Assembly (NCBI RefSeq): GCF_006345805.1
Contig: NC_043022.1
Span: 20,274,001 to 20,338,000, forward strand
DNA length: 64,000 nt
Source of the DNA: Octopus sinensis
Taxonomy: Eukaryota
Direction: 5' to 3'
The notes under the pieces are model-generated. The model worked only from the letters and a program-made list of their open reading frames with translations. It did not search any database and was not told where the DNA came from. Below are positions 13,875 through 25,100 of this stretch, in pieces (within the stretch, counting starts at the first letter, position 1; each line of letters begins with the position of its first letter). A program made the position numbers and the translations under genes.

Positions 13875-14644
13875 CACCTTGAGAACCCAGTTTCTACAAA
13901 AACTGCTTGCCAGGAGCTGCACAAAGCCAGATTTCATGGGAAGGCGGCAATCTGAAAACCACTACTTTCAAAAACAAATGTTACAAAGGGTTTAGAGTGG
14001 AGTAAAAACCTACAGAATTGGCCTCTAGAGCAGTGGAAGAATGTTATTTTCTTGGATGAGTCATCCTTTACTTTATTTCCAACTACTGGCTGAGTATACA
14101 TGTGAAGACAGCTGAAAGAAGCATCTGACCCAGACTGCCTTCTTCCAACTGTTAAACATGGAGGAGGATCTGTGATGATCGGGGTGGGGGACTATATCTT
14201 GGAAATCTGCCAACTCAATGGTTTCCCTTCATGGCAGAATTAATAGTCAAGACAATTTAAGCATTTTATCTGATCAAATTCATCCTATGATTGCGGAACT
14301 GTTTCCAGAGGGAAACGCAATCTTTCAGGATGATAATACACCTATTCACACAGCTAAAGTCTAGCAAAGTTGAACATCTTATCTGGCCACCACAGTCCCC
14401 AGATCTCAATATTATTAAACATTTATGGTGCATTTTAGAAAAACAAGTAAGGAGTCAATATCCTCCACCATCATATCTACAAGAACTGGAGACTGTTTTA
14501 GCTGAAGAATGGACAAAATTTCCTTTGGAAACAATTCAAACTTTGTAGAACTCAAACTGTAATTACTTCCAAAGGCAGTCCTACCCCGTATTAAAATAAA
14601 TTTGTTTGAAATTTTTAGGTATTTCCATTATTTTGTCCAACCCC

Positions 14645-14646
<2 letters not shown>
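13875..14646 (+). mobile_element. Tc1 (DD34E) transposon, 3' fragment with right TIR; inactive
   Basis: HLENPVSTKT..., FLDES, TVKHGGGSVM, FQDDN, WPPQSPDLNIIKHLW (catalytic E changed to K), with stops and frameshifts; TIR tttccattattttgtccaacccctg followed by TA. Confidence 0.9.
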
Positions 14647-14676
<30 letters not shown>

Positions 14677-14774
14677 ATAAGATTAGCTCGTATACGAGTG
14701 GGTATATATTTGTAAAAAATGAAGTTCGAAAATGCTGCTATATTAGACAAATTTTTAATTTTTATATATACATT

Positions 14775-14822
14775 ATTTATTTAACATGTTTCGGTTCTTG
14801 AAAAGATGAACCTTATCAAAAA
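14775..14822 (-). ncRNA. Degenerate hammerhead motif at the Penelope 3' end
   Basis: TTGATAA-GGTTC(10 nt)GAACC-GAAAC-AT-GTT-aaa; the G8-to-A change probably inactivates it. Confidence 0.5.
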
Positions 14823-15154
14823 AAATTATCTATAAAAAAGATAGTTCATGCTATCAAATATAAAAAATTCATATATAATATACAATAGAGTCAGACATCA
14901 AAAGTTCATATATAGTGAAGTGAGTTCATGCTATATGTTTATAGAGTATGATGCAGTGGTTCATAGTGGTGATATGCATTCAATATAAAAAATAGTTCAT
15001 AGTGGTGATGTGCAGTCAATATAAAAAATTGATGTTCTTGAAAGAGTGAGGAATTCATTTTAGATTTTCCCTTGAGCAACTGTGATGACTTTTGGTCGGT
15101 GTCCGCTGGACAGTTCTGGCGAACCTTGTGAATTGTTTGGGTTTTATATCACCT

Positions 15155-15503
15155 GTTAGGTGGCCAGTACAGCGGAACGTGACGTCATCAACGTTTTGAC
15201 CAATCGTTTTGTTAGGTGGCTAGTCAAGCAGAACAGGACGTCATCAATATTCTGACCAATCCCGACCTATAGCTGTATTAGATCTGCCCCTTGTCTGTAT
15301 CCTGTTAGGTGGCTAGTCAAGCAGAACGGGACGTCATCAATATTCTGACCAATCCCGACCTATAGCTGTATTAGATCTGCCCCTTGTCTGTATCCTGTTA
15401 GGTGGCCAGTCCAGCGTAACGGGACGTCATCACTGTTTTGACCAATCATCCCGTTAGGTGGCCAGTCTAGCAGAACGAGACGTCATCAATGTGTTGACCA
15501 ATC
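15155..15503. repeat. Array of five 51-nt units (56/93/93/56-nt periods), each with GACGTCA and CCAAT
   Basis: Core gttaggtggcYagtcYagcagaacgggacgtcatcaatRttYtgaccaatc starting at 15155, 15211, 15304, 15397 and 15453. Confidence 0.9.
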
Positions 15504-15692
15504 CGAATCGGGTCTGACCCATAGCTGTATCGTATGTGGCCAGTCCATCAGGATTAGATCTGTTCGAAGAGATCTTTTTATAAATTTTTTTCATTTTTCC
15601 CTAAGACATATTTCCGTCAGTGTGAGTGACTGTTTAAGGTAGCGGCCGTGGTGGAATTTTGCTTCTCCTTTTCGGAGGACCAATCTTTTGTT

Positions 15693-16103
15693 TTAATATT
15701 CCTGGCCCAGGGTGTTTAAACTTGGTCTAAATTTTTTGATGAAATACAGTTCTTTATTTTGGCGTTGCGTGAAGGTTGCATTGTCACTGAATTTATAAAG
15801 CGGGTAAGTTGTAAATTTCGGATTTACATTTCCAGCACATCTATCTATGTGTCCGCTGACCGGTATTTTCCGGTATTCAGGGTTTCTAATTTGTGATTTA
15901 TGCACCACCATCCTGTTACGTAAGCTATTGTTTGTATGGCCTATATACTGCCTATTGCAGCCTGTGCATGTTATGACGTAAATTAAGTTTTCTGATGCGC
16001 AGGTGAAGTTTGCTCTAATGGTGAACTGGTGGCCTTGTTCTAGTATAAATTCTGAACCTTCTATCAAGATGACACAGATTCCGCAGTTGGGCCTTCCACA
16101 TTT
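15693..16103 (-). pseudogene. GIY-YIG endonuclease domain of a Penelope-like retroelement (uninterrupted but 5'-truncated)
   Basis: KCGRPNCGIC motif, LIYVITCTGCNRQYIGHT, RNRMVVH, KELYFI, PSLN; no stop for 137 codons; no RT domain upstream. Confidence 0.88.
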
Positions 16104-16137
16104 TCTATATATATATCGTTGTTAATATGCGAAACAG

Positions 16138-16560
16138 ATATTGTTGTACTTCAGGATGGTCATTTTTCTTTCTTTTTTTTTTTGCCAATTAAACATTTGC
16201 ACTATATACTCATTCTTCTCTTGTTTGTTACTGTTCTTATTCTAAGTCGTGTCCAATGTCCAGAAATCTTTCCTCGCACATCTGTGACTTCTTCAGCAAG
16301 AATCTGTTGGAACCTGAATAAACATAACAACAACAACAACAACAACAACACAAACAGCCACAACAATGAGAGAATGGACTAGGCAGAGCAAGAGCACACA
16401 CTAAGACAGAAAGTGTCACTGAATGTGTGACGAACGATTTCAGGACAATGGACATGAGTTAGAATAAGAACAGTAATAGATGAGTCAAAAACGATTATAT
16501 AGCGCGTGTGTTTATTTGGCAAAAGAAAAACAAATGACCATTCCAAAGTACAACAATATA
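16138..16560. repeat. Diverged inverted pair (16138-16290 / 16411-16560)
   Basis: atattgttgtactt..gatggtcattt...ttactgttcttattctaa.tc.tgtcca.tgtcc.gaaatc occurs on both strands about 120 nt apart. Confidence 0.8.
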
Positions 16561-17009
16561 TATATACACACACGTCTATACACATATACATATATATGTG
16601 TGTGTAGTTGTAAAGTATATAGAAATAGTGTGAACATTATCTGATATAAAATTCAGTATGCTTGATGGGGTGGATATATATGTGTTATATATATATATAT
16701 TTCAACTTTTGACTATTCTTGGTTGTTTGTATCTGGTGAAGCTCAGAGAGGACTATTCACTTTTAATAATACATGTACACACATTTAAAAAGATTATAAA
16801 AATTTAGCCTGATTAGTAGAATTTAATACTTGAATATTTTATAATTATAAACAAATTTAAATGGAGGATTAAAATAAGAAGGAAAAAATATATTTCATTT
16901 TAGATTTTGTATTGTTTGAAGCTACATGCTAACTTTTTGAAGATATGAATTTTATATGAGAAATTTTAATAACAGCAATGTTTCAGTGATGTAGTGTTTG
17001 TTAGCAAAA

Positions 17010-17059
<50 letters not shown>

Positions 17060-17751
17060 ATGTGTGTGTGAAAGCAAAAGAATTAGTGTGAGGTAGACAA
17101 ATATCAGTCTTTCACCATCTCTTTTCTTGAATTCTCCCTGCTTTATTCCAAGGTGACCTTAGGGGCTGGGATTGTTTTTTTCTATCTTTGTACATTATTC
17201 TGATATACATTGTTTATACATTATTCTGCACCGAGATCTTTCTTTCAAATTTGGTTAAATAATTTGTAATGAAATGGTGACATTATTTCAAGACACAGAC
17301 AAATACAGTACTCACACACACACACAAATACAAACACACACACACTCACACATTTCTGGCCTTGTGCTTATGTTAGAAACATTATTATTATAGGATTGCA
17401 TCAGTTGACGAGCTGGTGGAATCATTAGCACACTGGGCAAAATGCTGAGCATCTTTGCATTCTGAGTTCAAATTCTGCTGAGCTCAACCTTCCTCTTCTT
17501 CTGTTCGGGGTCCAGAAAATAAGTACCAGTTAAGCACTGCTGTCAATGTAATTGACTTATTTTTTACCCCCAAACTGCTTTTCATCTATTTGCTGATTTC
17601 TATTTCAAGATCTTTGTATTTGCTCAGTTTTTGGTAGGTCTTGACAGATACGTTTATATCATTATCATTATTATTATTATTATTATCATTATTATTATTA
17701 TTATTATTATCATTATTATCATTATTATTATCAATGTTTTTATTTTGTCAG

Positions 17752-17923
17752 GTGTGAAGCATACAAGCATCATCTGTGATTCTTGCAATAAGTCTGCAAT
17801 TCAGGGCATGCGATGGCGATGCCTCACGTGCCATGATTTTGATCTGTGTACTGTATGTTACCATGGAGACAAGCATGACATCAAACACTCATTCCTGCGA
17901 TTTGACACTCCGGCATCGAAAGG
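17752..17923 (+). CDS. MIB2: MIB2 exon: ZZ zinc finger
   Basis: [58 protein letters not shown]; acceptor ttttgtcag, donor gtatgt; phase 1 to 2. Confidence 0.95.
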
Positions 17924-19094
17924 GTATGTCACATCACGTGCTGTTAATTTATACTTCATTCTTCCATTGACTGCTATCACCTTCATCACCGTCACTGTCA
18001 TTGCCTTTCTTGTTATTGTCATCACGCTCCCTCTTTGCATTACATCATCATAATGCCACCAGCACCACCATACCGACACCACCCTACTACTACTTCTACC
18101 ACCACCACCACCACCACCAACAACAACACTATCATCACCACCACAACTACTACTATTAATATTAATAATATATCAACATGAATGGAAATTGTAGCTGTGA
18201 TACCAGTGCCGGTGGCACATAAGAGAACCATCCGAACGTGGCCGTTGCCAGCGCCGCCCCGACTGGCTTCCGTGTCGGTGGCACGTAAAAAGCACCATCT
18301 GATCATGGCCGTTTGCCAGCCTCACCTGGCCTCTGTGCTGGTGGCATGTAAAAAGCACCATCCGACCATGGCTGTTTGCCAGCCTTGCCTGGCCTCCGTG
18401 CCGGTGGCACGTAAAAAGCACCATCCGACTGTGGCTGTTTGCCAGCCTCATCTGGCACCTGTGCCGGTGGCACGTAAAAAGCACCCACTACACTCATGGA
18501 GTGGTTGGCGTTAGGAAGGGCATCCAGCCGTAGAAACATTGCTAGATCAGACTAGGCCTGGTGCAGCCTTCTGGCTTCCCAGACCCCAGTTGCACCATCC
18601 AACCCATGCCAGCATGGAAAGCGGACGCTTAACGATGATGATGATGATGTTTAATAATAAGAAGAAATGATTTCTTTTATTGGCCACAAGGGCCCAAGAC
18701 ATGGAAGACTACATTAAAAGAACAAACAAAATATGTTCCCATGCTAGAAAGCGAACCAGGGGCCACCTGGACAAGAACCAGAAATCCTAACCAGTAGACC
18801 ACATCCTCTTCATCATCATCATCATCATACTACTACTACTACTACAACTACCACTGCCATCATCACCACTACTGCTACTAGTAATACTGCTACTGCTGCT
18901 ACAACTACCACAACTACTACTATGACGACGGCGACGACCTCTACCACAACCACCACCTCCACTACTACTACATGTACTACTGCTACCACCATCACTATTA
19001 CATGTACCACCACTTCCACTAATACCACCACCACCACTACTACTATTACTAACATCTCACTACTACTAACACCACTACTACTACTACTACTACT

Positions 19095-19137
<43 letters not shown>

Positions 19138-22100
19138 CACAACAACAACACTCTTATTATATCTTCTACCACTTTCATTGCAGTGTCAAGATGCCTAAGC
19201 GGGCGAACAGTACAAAAATGGAGGCCTGGGGGATATTCAAAGGAGCGAAAGTTCTACGAGGAAATGACTGGGATTGGGGAAACCAAGATGGCAAGTATTG
19301 TGGTAATAATGTTGCTGATGTTGTTGTTGTACATGTGATAGAAATTCTTGTTGCAGTGGTTATTGTTGTTGCTGTATGGTGGAAGCACTCCGTCTGTTAC
19401 GACGACGAGGGTTCCGGTTGATCCGATCAACGGAACAGCCTGCTCGTGAAATTAATGTGTAAGTGGCTGAGCACTCCACAGACATGTGTATCCTTAATGC
19501 AGTTCTCGGGGATATTCAGCGTGACACAGAGAGTGACAAGGCCGGCCCTTTGAAATACAGGTACAACAGAAACAGGAAGTAAGAGTGAGAGAAAGTTGTG
19601 GTGAAAGAGTACAGCAGGGATCACCACCATCCCTGACGGAGCCTCGTGGAGCTTTAGGTGTTTTCGCTCAATAAACACTCACAACGCCTGGTCTGGGAAT
19701 CGAAACCGCGATCCTACGACTGCGAGTCCGCTGCCCTAACCACTGGGCCATTGCGCCTCCACTGTTGCTGTATATGTATGGTGCAGATGGAGTTTATTGG
19801 GGCAGATTTTCATATGGCCAGATTCCCTCCCTTGTTGCCTGTTGCCAACTTTCACCTGTTTCCGAGCAAGGCAATATTTTCCTGTGGCTGGACATGTTTT
19901 TGCAGAATATTGGCGAGCTGGCAGAATCGTTAGCATGCTGGACGAAATGCTTAGCGGTATTTCGTCTGCCGTTACATTGTGAGTTCAAATTCCACCGAGG
20001 TCAACTTTGCCTTTCATCCTTTTGGAGTCGATAAATTAAGTACCAGTTATGCACTGGGGTCGATGTAATCGACTTAATCCGTTTGTCTGTCCTTGTTTGA
20101 CCTCTCTGTGTTTGGCCCCTTGTGAGTGTCTTTACGTTCTGAGTTCAAATTCCACCAAGGTCAACTGTGCCTTTCATCTTTTCAGGGTTGATAAATTCAG
20201 TACCATTTACATACTGGGGTCAATCTAATTGACTGGCCCCCTCCCACAAAATTTCAGGCCTTGTGCCTAGGGTAGAAAAGAATATATTCCTCCATAAAGG
20301 CAGTGAGCTGGCAGAAACATTAACTTGCTGGGAAAAATGCTTAGTAGTATTTCGTCTGTCTTTATGTTCTGAGTTCAAATTCCACCAAGGACGACTTTGC
20401 CTTTCATCTTTTCGGGGTCGATAAATTAAGTACTGATTGCATACTGGGGTCAATCTAATCAATTTATTTCACAATTTGGCTGTTCTGAGGAAGGGGAAGC
20501 TTTGTGTGTGGGTCTTACAGTGGACCCAAGCAATATCTCCAAGCAGCATGCATACAGTTTTCTAACTTTGACGAACCAAGTTCTGATGGGAAATTCTTTG
20601 ACTAGTGGCACCAGGAGATGAGACTCGTCAGAGCACCTTCCATAGAAATAATAGTAGAAAAGGGTAAGATGAGCAGTTGGAATAATGAAAGGAGCTCCTC
20701 ACTAGCCTGGCTGTGCATTCAACTCTACAATTTATCAAGAGTGGGCAAAACATTCTATATTTTTACATTATCTATCATTCAGCCATGCCAGTGACACATA
20801 AAAGGCACTTGTGCCAGTGATACATAAAAGGTATCCACTACACTCTTGGAGTGGTTGGCATTAGGAAGGGCAGCCAGCTGTAGAAGCCAAGCCAAAATCA
20901 GACTGGAGCCTGGTACAGCTTACCAGTTCTAGTCAAACTGTCTAACCCATGCCAGCATGGAAAACATGCACATAATGATGATGATGATGATGATGATCCA
21001 TCTTCCCCTACTACTCCTGGGAGAGTTGTTGGGGTAAAGTCCTCAGACACCTCCCTTCATAGGGTTCTATCAGGAGCGACTGTCATCACACTTTCCGGAT
21101 GGATTCCCAAACACAACCATTGAGACAACAGATTTTATCCCACCATACCATTCTTGGTCTACCCCTAGGTCTCCTGCTGGTCAGCTTGGTTTGGCTTGAA
21201 GAATCTGTCTTGCGATTCTTTCCTGTGACCTTCTAATCACATATTCATAGCACCAGAGCTATAAACTCTCATTTCCCCCCCTTTTTTTTACATCTGGTTT
21301 TCTTACATTTTTTGTGATTAATGTTTTCTTAATATTTTATTCTTCTATTACTTAATATTTTATTTCTTTTCTTCTTTTTTTCATCTATGGTTCATTATTG
21401 TTTTTTTTTTTTTTTTTTCATTTTCGTTTTTGTTTTCAGGAGGCGAAGGAAAACCAGGAAAAGTGAGAGATATCCGTGGTTGGGATTTAGAGTCAGGACG
21501 TAGTGTTGCAAACGTTGTGTGGAGCAATTCTCAAATGAATGTCTATCGAGTTGGGCACAAGGGTAAAGTAGACCTAAAGGCTACCCAATGTGCCTCTGGT
21601 GGCATGTTTTATGTGGACCATTTGCCAGTTCTTGGTTAGTTTGTTTTTGATTTTCGTTGTTTATTTTTTTGATATGTATTGGTATATGAAGAAGGTGTTT
21701 TGAATGTAACAAAAGACCCATGTATATTGCTATACTAAGATAGATTTTGAAACCTTTAGTGTATCCAGGAAATTGTATTATATTATACTATACCATTGGT
21801 TCTCAACCAGGTTAAAATCTTATCTGCAATAAATGGGTCATACTTCTATGATACACAAAATAGGTCAACAATTTTGTTTGTACAATTCCTAATAAAATAT
21901 AGTTATGAAAATAGAATAATAGAATTTTTTAAACATCGAATGGCTAGGGAAGTCCATCCAAGTAAAATAGGAACTAAAAGGGGTCCATAGGTACAAAAAA
22001 GGTTGAGAAACATTGAACTATATACACATACACACATTCGCATTCACACGCATGCACATACCATACACTATACACTCTGCTTAAAGAATATGTAAAAATA

Positions 22101-25100
22101 ATAATTGTGTTGATGTTACTGTTATTTCAGGTGAATTCACAGAAACGTCAGCTTCAGGTGAACCTACTTGCCATTTCAAAGTAGGTGACCGTGTCCGGGT
22201 GGATCTTGACATGGAAATATTAAAAGTGATGCAAGAAGGCCATGGAGGGTGGAATCCTCGTATGGCAGAAGTAAGTATTGTCCCTTTAAATTGCTCCCGT
22301 TTGCTTCATGCTCTCCTTTCTGTGTTATAATGGTGCCACATAGATAAGCACGCATGCTGGTGTCATGTAAAATGCATCCGTGACAGTGCCACGTAAAAGG
22401 CACGCATGCCAGTGCCCCATAGAAAAGCACCCGTGCAGGTGCCACATGAAAAGCATCCATGCAGGTGCCGCATGAAAAGCACCCATGCAGGTTCCACATG
22501 AAAAGCACCCGTGCAGGTTCCACATGAAAAGCATCCATGCAGGTGCCACATGAAAAGCATCCATGCAGGTTCCACATGAAAAGCACCCATGCAGGTGCCA
22601 CATGAAAAACACCAATGCAGGTGCCACATGAAAAGCACCCATGCTGGTGTTACATATAGAGCACCTGTGTCATTTCCATGTATGAAGCACTCATGCTGGT
22701 GCCACATAAAAAGCACCCAGTACACTCTGTAAAATGGCTGGCATTAGGAAGGGCACCCAGCTCTGGAAACCATACCAAAACAAATAATTGGAGCCTGAGC
22801 AGCTCTCTAGCTAGCCAGTTCCTATCAAACTATCCAGCCCATGCCAGCATGGAAAACAGATGTGAAATGATGATCATGATCATGATAGGTGCAAGCATTT
22901 CCATGTATGCACCTATCAGAAGTTTGTTTCTCAGCTACATGGTTCTGGATTCAGTCCTACTGTGTGGCCCCTTAGGCAAGTGTCTTCAACTGTAGCCCTA
23001 GGCTGACTAAAGCCTTATGAGTGGATTTCATAGACGGAAGCTGGAAGAAGCTTATTTTTAAAGGGATGTAAAATTAGATTTATAATATTTTGAAATAGAA
23101 CTTGAATGGATTGCATGTATGTATTTATATATGTATATATATATGGGTATACAGTCGTGTATATGTATATATATTGTAATCCTCCAATACTGAAACACAT
23201 GTAGTTCTTTCATATTTAATAAATACAAGTATTAACTAAAGTATGATATAACTAATTAAGTACATTATATACCCAGTTGGAAATTTTTGGTTATATCCTT
23301 TAAGTATTATTTCGTGAAATGCAAACTGATACCATGAGTTTACTGTAAGATATACTCATTCGGTTATTTTTGTATTATCTAAAATAGAATACCCACATAT
23401 CGATTAATCCCCCAAAATTGTATATATGTACATATATATATATATTTGTATGCATATATATTACTCTTTTTTTTTTTTACTCTTTTTATATATATATTTG
23501 TGTGTATGTTTATATATATGTATATATATGTGTATATATATATGTATATATCTGTATGTATGTATATGTACATATGTATGTATATGCATGTATCTATGTG
23601 TGTGTTTGTAAATAGAATTAATTGTTGTTCTTTCCTCTTTGTTCAGTATATAGGTCAAGTTGGTTCTGTCCATCGAATCACCGATCGTGGTGATGTACGT
23701 GTGCAATATGAAGGATGTAGTAACAGATGGACCTTTCATCCCGGCGCTCTAACAAAGGTCAGTCAATGAGGTCATTACATTAAATTCACTGTGTGAATTA
23801 TTTCCCCCTTTATTGTTGTATCATTCAATATCTTAAGTGTTTACTTTATGTTTAGTCAGTAGTCAAGTATTGTCTCATTTGACAAGTAGAGTGTATCTAG
23901 TTTAGATTGACAAGTTTAGTAACAGAAATTTAGACTGACAAATTCAATCTGATGCATTTTTCTGACGAGTTTAGAATAAAGAGTTTTGGCTGCAAAATGT
24001 TGACAGGCAAGCCTAGAAAGGCAAGTTTAGTCTGGTAAGTTTAGAAAGACAAGCTTTGACAGGCAACTTTCAACAGTTAAGTTTTGACAGACTAGCTTTG
24101 ACCGTCAATCTTCAACAGGCAAGCTTAGACAGTCAATCTTCAACAGGCAAGCTTTGACAGGCAATCTTCGACAGGCAAACTTTGACAGGCAAGTTTGGCA
24201 AGCAAGTTTTGATAGGTATGTTTAGACTGGTAAGTTTACACTGGCAAGCATTGACAGGGAAATTTAGAGAAGCAAGGTTAAAAAGACAAGCTTCGACAGG
24301 CAAGTTTAGAGAGGTATAATTAAGAAGACCAGCTTAGACAGGCAAGCTTAAAAGAGTGAAGCTCAGTCAGATAAGTTTTGACTGATATGTTTATTTACTC
24401 AGAAAACTTTTCCCAGCAAGCATATTCCGGTAAGCTTATACAAATAAGCTTAGACTATCATGTTTTCTCTAATGAGCTCACTATGACAAGTTTAACAAGT
24501 TTACTTTGACAACTCTACTCTCCCAACCTTATTATTATATGCTTGCCTTAGTATGTTGAACAACATGGTTACTGACTCAAGTAATTAAAGAAGGGATTTG
24601 ATTATGTTTCTACTAATTGTAGATGCATAACTAATACGAAAATTTGGAGTTATTTGGAGTGGGACGAGGATAGGGAAGAATGTATTATTCTATCATTGCC
24701 AGACAAAAAAAAAATGTGAAACACTTAAGAGTAATGCTAAACAACAAGCTCATGTGAGAATTGGTGACAATGAGGTGGAAGACACTGAAGAATTTGTTTG
24801 CCTGGAAGTGACAGTCACAAAAGACAGAGGGGGAATGGAGGGTATAAAGAACCGAATATCCAAAGTCCAAAGAGCATTCTACAATCTCACAAAGGTACAG
24901 AAAAGCAAAGGTATAGGCTGCAAAACAAGCTGAAGCTATTCAAGACATTGGACTGACCAGAATTACTCTATGGATGTGAAAACTGGAAAGTGAGAAAAAT
25001 AGAAAAAAAAGGGAAACTGGGCGGCTTAATGAGAATACTTGACTTCAAGTGGCTACAAAAGAGTCCGCAATCACATAATTGAGACAACAATGGGCATTGA

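Larger units (their letters stand above)
14770..16104 (-). mobile_element. Penelope-like element, 5'-truncated (GIY-YIG plus 3' region/pLTR)
   Basis: GIY-YIG frame, then an internal tandem array, ending in a hammerhead-like motif and GAAACATGTTAAATAAA. Confidence 0.85.

Noticed and set aside
15155-15503. CRISPR-like repeat-spacer appearance
   Set aside because: Eukaryotic intron-containing context, 51-nt repeats, duplicated rather than unique spacers, no cas genes, and it lies inside a Penelope element.
19690-19762. tRNA gene (also the heads at 32610 and of all SINE A/B copies)
   Set aside because: The tRNA-like A/B boxes run straight into SINE bodies, and no complete acceptor stem or cloverleaf forms.
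22176-22725. Cys/His-rich periodic ORFs resembling metallothionein or zinc-finger proteins
   Set aside because: The 26-aa period is just three 26-nt minisatellite units of a SINE read on the minus strand.
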